DNA of 64,000 bases from Longimicrobiales bacterium. Its GTDB lineage: Bacteria; Gemmatimonadota; Gemmatimonadetes; Longimicrobiales; Gaopeijiaceae. Position numbers and translations under genes: made by a program. Within the stretch, counting starts at the first letter, position 1; every line of letters begins with the position of its first letter. The stretch covers positions 448,001-512,000 of the forward strand of contig CBDCNQ010000004.1 in the NCBI GenBank assembly GCA_965219445.1. Direction: 5' to 3'. Of this stretch, positions 48,357 through 57,320 are shown piece by piece. Under the pieces are notes generated by a model. That model did not search any database. It was given only the letters and a program-made list of their open reading frames with translations, and was not told the DNA's origin.

Positions 48357-50256
48357 ATCGGGATAGGGGAGGACCGGCGTTCCCGGTCCTTCCCCTCCCA
48401 CACCACCAGGCATGCGGGTCCGCACCTGGCGGTTCGGTGAGTTGAGGTCAGTACGGCGTGAGCCGGGGCACACCCAGCTCGTCGAAGTACGCCCCTGGCA
48501 AGGCCGTGTGCAGGGCGTGGTGCGCGGCCACGTGCCACCAGCTTCGCGCGAACCGAGCAGCTCGCCAGGCGAGGTTCTCGCTCACACCGCGAGCCCTCAA
48601 CTCCCGGTACGCTGTCCTTCCCCGTTTCCACTGGCGTAATTGCAACGTACGCAGCCGGCGGTGGATCCATTGGTCCAGGTCTCGGAAAACCCCCGGTGTA
48701 TCCGCTAAGCCGAAGTATGCCTTCCACCCCAGCACGTAGCGCCGTAGCTCTTCTGCCACCTGTTGCAGGCTCCGCCCGCCACTCCGGCTTGTAATCTGCC
48801 GGACTCGCTCCTTGAACTTCGTCAGGGCCTTCTTGCTGACCCGGCGCTTCACGACCTTCCCTGCCGCTACCCAGAAGCTGTAGCCCAGGAACTGTCGATC
48901 CCACACTCGCGCCACCGCGCTCTTTTCCTCGTTGACCTGAAGCCGAAGTTTCCCGTACAAGTGCCTCAGCGCCTGCATCACACGTTGTCCTGCCCGCCTC
49001 GACCGCACGTATACATTGCAGTCATCGGCGTACCGGACAAACGCGTGTCCGCGTAGCTCCAACTCCTTGTCCACTTCGTCCAGGAGCACGTTCGCCAGCA
49101 ACGGCGACAACGGTCCGCCCTGAGGCGTCCCCATGTGCCGCTCCATCACCACCCCGTTCGCCATGACTCCGGCCTGTAGGTAGCGACGGAGGATCCGCAG
49201 CATCGCCTTATCCTCGATCCGCTTTGCCAGCCGCCCCATCAGCACGTCGTGGTTCACCCGGTCGAAAAACTTCTCCAGGTCCACATCCACCACCCATCGT
49301 CTCCCTTCCTGGATGTATTGCTGCGCTTCGCGCACCGCATCGTGTGCTCGGCGCCCAGGCCGGAAGCCGTGGCTGTGCCGACTGAACGTCGGGTCGAACC
49401 TCGGTTGCAGCACCTGCAGGATGGCTTGTTGGATGAACCGGTCCAGCACGGTCGGAATCCCCAACTCCCGGACCCCTCCCCCACTCTTCGGTATCTCCTG
49501 CCTTCGTACCGGCTTCGGTTGGTAGGTCCCCGCCAGCAACCGCTGTCGGATCTCCCCCCAGTGCCTGCGCAAGTACTCTGGCAGCTCCTCCACGTTCATC
49601 CCGTCGATGCCCGGACTGCCCTTATTCTGCCGCACGCGTTTCAACGCTCCTACGAGGTTGGCACGCCCGACCACCTCCTGCATCAGGAGATGCTCGCTTC
49701 CTGAGCGCTCGTCTCCATGGGCCACCGTTCCGGCTTCGCCACTCCCCTCTACCTTCGGGGCTTCACCCCTATCCTCCAGTGGGAGCCCCAGTTGCCTGGA
49801 CTCCTGGCGCATGGCCTTGCCGAGGTCCACGGTCGTCACGCTCTCCTCTCCGTTCGGCCCTTCGTCCGACAAAGCTGGGTCCAAGCGCATCATGCACTTC
49901 GTCGGCCTACTATGGCCTCTGCTGACTTCTCGCTCCGCCGGCAGGCCCAACAGCGCAGTGCCGGCGTCACCCTTTCAGGCGTCAGGCGAGACCTCCCCGG
50001 GTAAGAACGATGACCTTCCCCGCACAATCGCCGGATCTACGCCGCTTCCCCTTGGTCGCAGGAGCTTCGCGGTCAGTGGTCCGCTCGCCCCGGTCCGCAG
50101 CGCCTCGTATCCGGTTCCTGTTCGTCGACTCACGGGTTCGTTTCACGCTTCGTTCAGCGTACGCCTCACGACGAACGCCTTGCGCTTCCCTTCGGTCCCT
50201 GCGACCAGGTTCCGGGAGGACTTTCACCTCCAAGTCATCGCCCATGCCGGGCCCAC
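48357..50256 (-). mobile_element. Group II intron, class IIC (about 1.9 kb, apparently complete)
   Basis: 5' end GTGGGCCCGGCATGGGCG at 50256; TTCTTACCCGGGGAGGTCT at the end of DI; DV GAACCGCC...CCCGCATGCCTGGTGGTGTGGGAGG with CGC triad; DVI ending CCTATCCCGAT at 48357; hairpin just upstream of the 5' splice site. Confidence 0.9.
48448..49812 (-). CDS. ltrA: Group II intron reverse transcriptase/maturase (no endonuclease domain)
   Basis: NKGSPGIDG, RELGIPTVLDR, SHGFRPGR, DLEKFFD, GTPQGGPLSPLLAN, RYADD, FLGY, X domain (GWKAYF). Start uncertain (49950, 49812 or 49684). Confidence 0.95.
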   Translation of the reverse strand: MRQESRQLGLPLEDRGEAPKVEGSGEAGTVAHGDERSGSEHLLMQEVVGRANLVGALKRVRQNKGSPGIDGMNVEELPEYLRRHWGEIRQRLLAGTYQPKPVRRQEIPKSGGGVRELGIPTVLDRFIQQAILQVLQPRFDPTFSRHSHGFRPGRRAHDAVREAQQYIQEGRRWVVDVDLEKFFDRVNHDVLMGRLAKRIEDKAMLRILRRYLQAGVMANGVVMERHMGTPQGGPLSPLLANVLLDEVDKELELRGHAFVRYADDCNVYVRSRRAGQRVMQALRHLYGKLRLQVNEEKSAVARVWDRQFLGYSFWVAAGKVVKRRVSKKALTKFKERVRQITSRSGGRSLQQVAEELRRYVLGWKAYFGLADTPGVFRDLDQWIHRRLRTLQLRQWKRGRTAYRELRARGVSENLAWRAARFARSWWHVAAHHALHTALPGAYFDELGVPRLTPY

Positions 50257-50389
50257 CACCACAGGCGGTCGGCCGGGGCGGGAGCCCCGGACGACCCTGT
50301 CGGCCCTACATTTCCTCCCACCAAATACCGCACGCCGGCTCGAAGTGGCTATATTGAGCAGCCCCCCTCCAGCTGTGGAGGAGCGGTCT

Positions 50390-50605
50390 ATGCGGATGTC
50401 CTTTGACGAACTGTTCCGACAAGACCCTGACGGCATCATCTCTCCGAGACTTCCCGTACACATCAATGGTGTCACCATGCGTCCGGGCGTTGACCTTGGC
50501 GGAGGTGTCAGTTTTGGTGAGGTCGATCTCACACCGTTCGTGGGTAACGACCTCGACGTCGAAATCCAAGACGACGTCCACGTGATAAGGGGAATCTACC
50601 ACTAG
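50390..50605 (+). CDS. Small hypothetical protein (71 aa)
   Basis: GGAGGAG RBS before ATG 50390; MRMSFDELFRQDPDGIISP...IRGIYH looks like a compact beta protein. Confidence 0.7.
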   Translation: MRMSFDELFRQDPDGIISPRLPVHINGVTMRPGVDLGGGVSFGEVDLTPFVGNDLDVEIQDDVHVIRGIYH

Positions 50606-50675
50606 TCCCGCCGCCGAGTTTTGCCTATGCGCTCGTAGGCGGCTACGGAGGAGACGAGATGCTAATGCGGCGAAG

Positions 50676-50969
50676 CTAGGGGTGATGATCGGGATCGGCG
50701 ATGTGACGTTTGGGTCCCACGTCCTCTCCGAGGTCATCCGGATTAGTGACGATCTGTTGGACCTGCTGAACCACTCTACGCGCCCTCAGAAGACGACCGG
50801 CGACACGGTTAACGAAGGCGATCAATCCCATGGCACCGACGACCAAACCGACGAAATTGTTGAGCGCGAATAACAACACGACAGCGACGATCAACCACCG
50901 CCATCGAGCCTCTACCCAATCCACTACGATTGCCTTCCAGTCCCGTGATTCCTCACCTGAGGTTGTCAT
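50676..50969 (-). CDS. Small hypothetical membrane protein
   Basis: 97 aa with a central double hydrophobic segment. Confidence 0.6.
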   Translation of the reverse strand: MTTSGEESRDWKAIVVDWVEARWRWLIVAVVLLFALNNFVGLVVGAMGLIAFVNRVAGRLLRARRVVQQVQQIVTNPDDLGEDVGPKRHIADPDHHP

Positions 50970-51186
50970 GATCTTGGGCTCACTCCCGTATTAGAGCCGA
51001 CGATCACCACGCCTTGCGCGAACCTGTCGCCATGCCGCCCTCGCCCAATTCACACTCGATGGCGTAGCGGCCTTCGAGGGCAGCGTGGAGGCGGGAGACG
51101 GCATCGGACATGGAGGACAAGATGCGTCTATAGTGTGCAAAGCTGCAAGCCGACCACTCCGAGGGGCACCTGACTGGCGCCTCGGC

Positions 51187-51202
51187 TCGAACCTGTGACC
51201 TC
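51187..51202 (-). mobile_element. Putative att-site remnant: 16-bp copy of the tRNA-Val 3' half
   Basis: TCGAACCTGTGACCTC at 51187-51202 is identical to 54037-54052 inside tRNA-Val, in the same orientation and downstream of the tRNA. Confidence 0.6.
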
Positions 51203-51344
51203 TTTCTTAATGGGCGGTGGTCGTCGTGGCGTGAACCACGCAGGCCAACACAGTTGGGGACCAGTGGATTGGAGTTTTTGGGAATTCCGCACGAACGTCT
51301 ACCAGCTATCCAATACCTGTTCCGCGCTGCTGCTTGGGGTCTCG

Positions 51345-51878
51345 ATGTTCGATATCTCCCACGGTCGCACGATCAGCGCGCGCGGGTGGAGATCAGTGAG
51401 CCCGCCGAGCGCCACGCGCCGGGACATCGTGAAGTCCGAGCTTAATGCGATGGCCACCAACCACGGCTTCGCCGTTGAGAAGGTGGAGGTCGCGGACGAC
51501 GAGTCTTTGCTGATATCCCTTCAAGTGAAGGGAGACACGATTACTGAGCAGACGACGGAAATCCTTTCGGGCTTCGGCGGGACGAGGCGGCGCTACCATC
51601 AGACGGTGCGTACGGAGTGGGGGCCGCTCCGCCAACAGGTGTACGGCTTCCTGCAAACGACGCTTGATGCCCACGACGGCTATGTTGTTGTCAGAGTGAC
51701 CGTTGTGGGAAAGGACGGCGAACAGAGCTTGGGAGAACTCGAGGCTCCCCGCGCCGAACGTGAGGCAATGTTCCACGGCGAAGAGGTCGAGTCGATCAGG
51801 GCAAGACTCCCCGTCGACACCCTCTCGGACGAGAGCATTCCTGTCATCCTCAAGGGGCCCATCGTACCTGTCGCGTAG
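51345..51878 (+). CDS. Hypothetical protein
   Basis: Protein-like composition over about 175 aa; start uncertain (51345 or 51396). Confidence 0.55.
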   Translation: MFDISHGRTISARGWRSVSPPSATRRDIVKSELNAMATNHGFAVEKVEVADDESLLISLQVKGDTITEQTTEILSGFGGTRRRYHQTVRTEWGPLRQQVYGFLQTTLDAHDGYVVVRVTVVGKDGEQSLGELEAPRAEREAMFHGEEVESIRARLPVDTLSDESIPVILKGPIVPVA

Positions 51879-52108
51879 CGAAACGATCATCTGCGCGATG
51901 TCGTTCTATGGTCCAAGACGAGTCAGCTTCGGGGCCACAACGCATACGAAAGCGCATTCGTTTGGCTCACTCCGACGGCAGGACAGAACGAGAAGACGGC
52001 CACCTCCGAACGATGGGGGTGGCCGTTGGATCGCGTCCGCGTCCGGGGGAATCCCAACCCTACCGAAGCCCGTCCGGGGTTCAGACAGACGTTCGATCCC
52101 CTCTCTGG

Positions 52109-53296
52109 CTACATTCCTGAGACGTACTTCGTAATTGCCCCGTCGACCACCGGTCGGGACTGCGGCCCCTCCGCCGCGTAAACGTTTCCATCCGCGTCCA
52201 CGGCCACACCCTGCCCGGCCAAGCCAAGGGGGCTGTGATCCGCCGGGTGGGGGGGGATAAACCCGGTAACTCGGTCCTCGAGAGCACTTCCGATACGGAT
52301 GCCGTTTATCCAGCCGGGATGGTTTATCACCCTTGTCTCCGCGTCGATCACGTACAGCCGATCATCGGGGGTAATGAAGATGCCGCTGGGCCGGCTGTAC
52401 TGATAGTAGGAGTCGACGTAGTTCCCTTCCTGGTCGAAGATCTGAATGCGATTGTTGCCCCGGTCCCCGACGAAGAGCCGACCCTGAGAGTCCATCGCGA
52501 TGGAGTGAGGAGTCCGAAACTCACCCGGAGCATTCCCGATCCTTCCCCACTCCATGATGAAGTCGCCGTTAGGCGCAAACTTCATGATTCGCCCGGTGGA
52601 GCCGGGAGGTGGATTCTCGTTCTGGCCACTGTGACCGTCCGCGACGAAGATGTCCCCGTTTGGGGCCGTGACCACATCGCAGGGCTGACTAAAGTGGTTT
52701 GGACCGCTTCCGGGCACGCCGGCCGTGCCTAGCCGCATAACGATCTCACCTTCCGGGCTGAACTTGATCACCTGGTGACCTTTCGTTCCTTCCTCGTTGC
52801 CCGAGGAGTCGGTCACCCACACGTTCCCCACGCTGTCCACGTGAATGCCGTGCGGGCTTATGAACGACCCGCCTCCAAAGCTCGTCAACGGCTCCCCTGT
52901 ATTCCGGTCAAGTTTGACGATCGGGTCGAGAAGGCTGTCCTCGCAACTGAGGCCATAACTTACGTTGCCACATCGGTCATAGGTCCATATGTGTCCGTCC
53001 GGCCCAATGTCGACGTCCGCACTAGACCCCCATTCGCGACCATCCGGCAGGCGTCCCCAGTTCGTGATGACCGCTGGATTGGGGTTCGGCAGGTTGTTTA
53101 GCACGGGGTCGGTGACGTCATCCGCCGGGGTGCCCGTAGTACCGATGGGCGGCAGGTCGAAGGCAGACGCTTCGTCACTCGTCTGTCCGTCTTCACTGGC
53201 GGGCAGTTGATCACTGCCCGGCCCACCGCATCCCACGAACAGCGTCAGGGCGATGCCCAGGAGACTTGTGATTTTCGAGCGACCGGACCGCGGCAT
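52109..53296 (-). CDS. NHL-repeat beta-propeller lipoprotein (peptidyl-alpha-hydroxyglycine lyase-like)
   Basis: Lipobox FVGC; repeats SPHGIHVDS.GNVWVTD, QPCDVV.APNGDIFVADG, TPHSIAMDSQGRLFVGDRGNNRIQIFD. Confidence 0.88.
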   Translation of the reverse strand: MPRSGRSKITSLLGIALTLFVGCGGPGSDQLPASEDGQTSDEASAFDLPPIGTTGTPADDVTDPVLNNLPNPNPAVITNWGRLPDGREWGSSADVDIGPDGHIWTYDRCGNVSYGLSCEDSLLDPIVKLDRNTGEPLTSFGGGSFISPHGIHVDSVGNVWVTDSSGNEEGTKGHQVIKFSPEGEIVMRLGTAGVPGSGPNHFSQPCDVVTAPNGDIFVADGHSGQNENPPPGSTGRIMKFAPNGDFIMEWGRIGNAPGEFRTPHSIAMDSQGRLFVGDRGNNRIQIFDQEGNYVDSYYQYSRPSGIFITPDDRLYVIDAETRVINHPGWINGIRIGSALEDRVTGFIPPHPADHSPLGLAGQGVAVDADGNVYAAEGPQSRPVVDGAITKYVSGM

Positions 53297-53413
53297 GACA
53301 GCCTCCCTTGACGTTCAGAGTTCGGGGGTGCACTCAGGGTCCTGCAGGCCAAACCCACGTGGCGGAACGCGCCAGGCCCTGAGCCGCCCCCAAGAGTGGT
53401 ACCACCTAGAGTG

Positions 53414-53596
53414 TTAGTCCAACCGCCTCATTTTGCCTGGGGTGAGGTCCAGTAGCAAGGGCAGGCCCGCGAAGTTCGGCAAGATGGCAGTCATGATGAA
53501 GACCAGACCGAACGGTATCATAACCGCTTGGTTGTAGTCCTCATTCGCCACGGCCATGACGATCAAGGCGATACCAATCAGTGCAAAGAAGATCAA
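53414..53596 (-). CDS. Small two-TM hypothetical protein, possibly a degraded gene
   Basis: 60 aa hydrophobic ORF; the nearby GGAGG-ATG at about 53628 is out of frame and hits a stop after 11 codons. Confidence 0.35.
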   Translation of the reverse strand: MIFFALIGIALIVMAVANEDYNQAVMIPFGLVFIMTAILPNFAGLPLLLDLTPGKMRRLD

Positions 53597-53987
53597 GCGT
53601 CAAAGCCCCCCAACTGGATGATGACCATGGCAACACCTCCCAGGGTTAATCGTAGAAATACATCGTATCTCTATTGTGAGACAGCGACGAGCGATGGGAT
53701 CGGACATGGAGCGGTCCCCGAAGCGAGAAGAGCGGTGCCCCATCTTATCGGACGACCAGCGTATACGCCAAGGCTACGGTGGGGAAATTCTACCCGCCCC
53801 ACTGACGGGACCCGACTTCTTGACTGCTCAAAAACGCTCTTCGAGAGAGGTGAACAGTGTTGAACGGTGAAATGGAATCGGAAAAATTTCAGGGGGGGGT
53901 ACGGGGGTCGCCGGAATCCGGTATGAGACCCAACCGCAACAACCGTTCTCACGTAGACTATATGTAGACTACGACCAATGACGAGAA

Positions 53988-54017
53988 GCAGCACAAAGCG
54001 GAAAAGCCTTGTGCTGC
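53988..54017 (-). terminator. Hairpin directly 3' of tRNA-Val (terminator-like)
   Basis: GCAGCACAAAG (53988-53998) and CCTTGTGCTGC (54007-54017) form an inverted repeat. Confidence 0.55.
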
Positions 54018-54021
54018 CTAG

Positions 54022-54096
54022 TGGGCGGTACAGGATTCGAACCTGTGACCTCCTGGGTGTAAACCAGGCGCTCTGAACCAACTGAGCTAACCGCCC
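54022..54096 (-). tRNA. tRNA-Val (anticodon TAC); CCA not encoded
   Basis: GGGCGGTTAGCTCAGTTGGTTCAGAGCGCCTGGTTTACACCCAGGAGGTCACAGGTTCGAATCCTGTACCGCCCA folds as a cloverleaf; anticodon arm CCTGG-TT TAC AC-CCAGG; T-loop GTTCGAATC. Confidence 0.97.
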
Positions 54097-54326
54097 GTGC
54101 ATACTCCTTCCTCTGCTTACAGCGCCTCTCTGAGCGTGCCACCTTGCAACACAACTCGGAGCATGGTCTCCTGGTCCGCCTGCTGATAAACCTGGCGAAG
54201 CGTGTTGGAGTTGGTCCACCCCCCAGCGGCAGCCCCGACGATCACAACGGCTTCCACAGAGACAAAGCCAGTCGGAGATCTGCCCTCATTTCGGTCAGCG
54301 TCAGGATATCTCGCCGACAGCTTCGG

Positions 54327-54740
54327 TCATCGGACCCTCACCCACCGATTGAGGGCCTGCAGGTAATTCATGACTTCCAAGCTCTCTCTATTGATACCCA
54401 AGACCGTTCTGGCACTCCGTAGCGCCGACCTCGCCACCTCGCCCGCTAGCTCGCCCCCTTCACCGCCCGAACTCTCCAGCCCGAGGCACGTGACCTCTTC
54501 CGGCGATGAGATCTCGGTCACCTCCACCCGGACGTCGCCTTCCCGGCCACTCCAGAGCTTGCTCACTCGCGCCTTCGTTACCGTCACGATTCGAATGTTC
54601 GAGTCGCTCCTGGTCAAGGTATCGAAAGTCAGATTCCGGTCGAGGGGCTCCTCGGGGAAGGGCGGCAGGGTGATGCTTACGTCGGCAAACTCGCGTCCGA
54701 GGCTCTCGAGTCCCCGGCGTGACGTCCTCAGGATCGGCCG
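54327..54740 (-). pseudogene. Probable 5'-truncated gene fragment
   Basis: An open frame (...LGREFADVSITLPPFPEEPLDRNLTFDTL...NYLQALNRWVRVR*) with no credible start or RBS upstream. Confidence 0.3.
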
Positions 54741-54949
54741 TGGCCTCCGCGGCCCTCTCCACTCCGGAGCCTTGTGGGCTTCCGAACCGCAGTCAAGCCG
54801 TTGTTATGTTTCCCGTTCGCACTACGTTGCTGGTGGCGGCGGCCTGAGGCGCCCGACGGTAGCGACGCCTAGATAGCCAGGAGCAGCCCGCTGCGCCCTG
54901 GGGTACCACTAGATCGGTTACGCAGGCCTCCTCCATGCTTCCGTCAGTC

Positions 54950-56014
54950 ATGCACGCCCAGACTTCATCAACGCGCTTACGTCGCCGATGGCTGCGCGCC
55001 GTTCTCATGCTCGCAGCGGGTGCGTTCTTGCTCCTGGGCGGGATGACCCTATGGTTGCTGCGCGACCCCGCCCCCTGGTTCGCCGAGCAGAGGTCGGCGC
55101 TGGTAGCGGTCGAGGAAGGGCCGGTGGATGTGTCGGCTGGTCATGTCTCGCAGCCCGTTCGACTGCGGGCCTTGAGCGGACTCTCGGTCGACCTCCTTGT
55201 CCGGGCCCCTGACAGCCCGCCAGAGGAGAACCTCGCGCCGGCCGCGGAGGAACCCTCGCCGGTAGGGGATGACCCGGAAGCAGCGGGCACCGGTGCCTCT
55301 TCGCCCCTTAGCGGCGGGAAAGACGGGTCTGGTGGCCGGCCGCTGCTCCTCATCCTCGGCGGGTATCGCACCGGAGAGCAAGCGGCGATGCTCGTCGAAG
55401 ACACCCGGGGCACGGTGGTCGCGGCGATGGCGTACCCGTACGACGGTCCGGTGAACATCGAGGGCCTTGCGGTCCTGAAGTACGTCCCGCGGATCCGGCG
55501 GGCCTTCCTCAATACGCCACTAGCGGTCCAACTCGCTCTCGACCACTTGCTCTCACGTTCGGACGTGGATCCCACGCGCGTCGAGCTCGTCGGCGTGAGC
55601 TTCGGGTCGTTCTTCGCGGCGGTTGCGGCTGCGCTGGACCAGCGAGTCACGAGGCTCTGGCTGATTCACGGCGCGGGGCAACCATATACACTTTTCGAGC
55701 ACAGCCTCAAGCGCTCCGTACCCCACAGGGCACCACGGGCGGCCGTTGCGGCCGTTGCCAACGTCCTGGCGGCCGGGCCGAGGCTCGCTCCGGAGCTGTG
55801 GGTGTCACAGGTCGCGCCCAGACCGGTCATCATGATCAACGCCTTGGACGACGAGCGTCTGCCGCGAGACGCGGTGGAGGCGCTCTACGCCAGCGCCCGC
55901 GAGCCGAAGGAGCAGATCTGGCTCACTGGACAGCACGTCCAACCGAACCGCCAAGAGATCGTTCGACAGTTGGTTGACGTGGTGCTGTCGCGCGCGGCGG
56001 AACCACCCGACTGA
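54950..56014 (+). CDS. Membrane-anchored alpha/beta hydrolase
   Basis: N-terminal TM; VDPTRVELVGVSFG (GxSxG nucleophile elbow); APRPVIMINA.DDER; terminal His region (W..GQH). Confidence 0.8.
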   Translation: MHAQTSSTRLRRRWLRAVLMLAAGAFLLLGGMTLWLLRDPAPWFAEQRSALVAVEEGPVDVSAGHVSQPVRLRALSGLSVDLLVRAPDSPPEENLAPAAEEPSPVGDDPEAAGTGASSPLSGGKDGSGGRPLLLILGGYRTGEQAAMLVEDTRGTVVAAMAYPYDGPVNIEGLAVLKYVPRIRRAFLNTPLAVQLALDHLLSRSDVDPTRVELVGVSFGSFFAAVAAALDQRVTRLWLIHGAGQPYTLFEHSLKRSVPHRAPRAAVAAVANVLAAGPRLAPELWVSQVAPRPVIMINALDDERLPRDAVEALYASAREPKEQIWLTGQHVQPNRQEIVRQLVDVVLSRAAEPPD

Positions 56015-56150
56015 ATGCCGCCCTCGAGGCCACCTCCGAAGCTGGGGGGGTGGCCGTCCTCTTTGTGGCCCCTCGCGCTCAGCCCACAACTCCCTCACGT
56101 TGAGGTGTCCTCAGTTCGTCACGAAAGAACCCCGGCAGGAGGGGAGAGAC

Positions 56151-56525
56151 TTGAAGCGCGGCATCCTGGTCCTGACGCTCATAGCGTTGGCAGGTTGTGG
56201 TGATACTGGGACAGGGGTTCTTCGGACTGCCAACCTGGTGAGGGAAGGCACGGGCGTGTGGACGAACTGTAGCTTCGGGATTTGCGATTTCGTGGGCGAT
56301 GCCCGAAACATAGGCGAAGGCTGCGCCGAAGAGGTTAGGGCCGTGATCAAGTTTTTCGACACCGCCGGCGTACAGCAAGGGCCTTCCGAGGACTGGAGGC
56401 TCCCTTCTTTCCGTGTGATCCGGCCTGGCGAGGCGTTCATCTATGAAGTCGTTTCCTCCGAAACGATCATGGACGCCACCGCGTCGAGCCAAATCGAGTT
56501 TTCGTGGACGGATACCGAGTGCTAG
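56151..56525 (+). CDS. Small lipoprotein (FxLYD-like Ig fold)
   Basis: GGAGG RBS then TTG; MKRGILVLTLIALAGC lipobox; G.ARNIG...V.AVIKFFD..G...IRPGE..F. Confidence 0.7.
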   Translation: MKRGILVLTLIALAGCGDTGTGVLRTANLVREGTGVWTNCSFGICDFVGDARNIGEGCAEEVRAVIKFFDTAGVQQGPSEDWRLPSFRVIRPGEAFIYEVVSSETIMDATASSQIEFSWTDTEC

Positions 56526-56656
56526 TCGGTTGACTGCCCATCCTCTTGGGGGCCGATAATCAACCCGGTTACCCTCGATCGACAATCGATGTTGTTCCTG
56601 TTCAGCGGCCGACTAAACTTGCAAGTAATTACGACGTGCTTACGGGAGGCATGCAA

Positions 56657-56791
56657 ATGAAAACCAAGATCGTTCGAATCGGAAACTCAAGAGGCGTCCG
56701 AATCCCGAAGCCTCTGCTCGAGGAGGCGGGGCTGGAGGACCAGGTGCGATTGAGAGTCGTCGAAGGGTGGTGCTTTCTCCGGACGAACTGA
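56657..56791 (+). pseudogene. MazE/AbrB-family antitoxin, C-terminally truncated
   Basis: MKTKIVRIGNSRGVRIPKPLLEEAGL (AbrB-type N-terminus); similarity ends at about 56766. Confidence 0.8.
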
Positions 56792-57009
56792 ATCGACACC
56801 TCAACACCGTCGTGGTGGCTCCAATGACGACCGGCGGGCACCCGTATCCGTTTCGAATCGCTTGCCGTTTCCAGAAGCGAGACGGATTCGTGGTGCTGGA
56901 TCAATTGAGGGCCGTCGATACACATCGACTGATGCGAAAACTTGGACGCCTCAGCCCCCAGGCGACCGCCAGTTCACTCAGTGTATTGGAGGAGATGTTC
57001 ACCGAATGA
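56767..57009 (+). pseudogene. MazF/PemK-family toxin, N-terminally truncated
   Basis: VVLSPDELNRHLNTVVVAPMTT...VLDQLRAVD..RL..KLG; the N-terminal region with the DP..G.E..K.RP motif is absent. Confidence 0.8.
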
Positions 57010-57031
57010 TTCTAAAGGCTTCGCGCAGGTC

Positions 57032-57295
57032 CTATTCGTCGTCACCGCCCGGGTCGCGCAAGAACTCATCCTGGGCCTCGAGCCACGTCGCGAACTCGCT
57101 GTCCATCCACGGGCGCGTCAATGGCCAGTCTGCACCGAGGACCTTGGCCTGGGAAACCATATTCGCGATCGCGAGCTCCGCAGCATCTTTGACCCTCATG
57201 TTGAGGTAGCCGGAGTATCGCTCCAGCTCGGTGTACAGGTCGGTCGGAATCCTTAGTGTGACCTGTCTTCTGTCACCATTACCCGGTTGTCCCAT
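57032..57295 (-). CDS. Small ribbon-helix-helix-like DNA-binding protein
   Basis: AGGAGG RBS; QVTLRIPTDLYTELERYS..LNM.V..AAELAI fits an RHH/Arc pattern. Confidence 0.55.
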   Translation of the reverse strand: MGQPGNGDRRQVTLRIPTDLYTELERYSGYLNMRVKDAAELAIANMVSQAKVLGADWPLTRPWMDSEFATWLEAQDEFLRDPGGDDE

Positions 57296-57320
57296 ACGGT
57301 CCTCCTAAGCGAAGAGAGCC

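Noticed and set aside
11899..49950. Diversity-generating retroelement (RT plus FGE/C-type-lectin-fold target)
   Set aside because: The RT lies inside complete group IIC intron RNA domains and has a maturase X domain. I saw no template-repeat copy of the FGE 3' end and no avd-like gene in the window.
49607..50389. Upstream part of the 332-aa + strand ORF
   Set aside because: Antisense to intron RNA domains; only the last 71 codons have an RBS and look coding.
47713..57009. Integron cassette array (short genes, TA pair, IIC intron, attC-like half site CAAGCCGTTGTTATGT at about 54794-54809)
   Set aside because: Genes have mixed orientation, there is no intI, I found no complementary partner for the half site, and the intron target is not the attC TTGT/T site. 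IntegronFinder would settle it.
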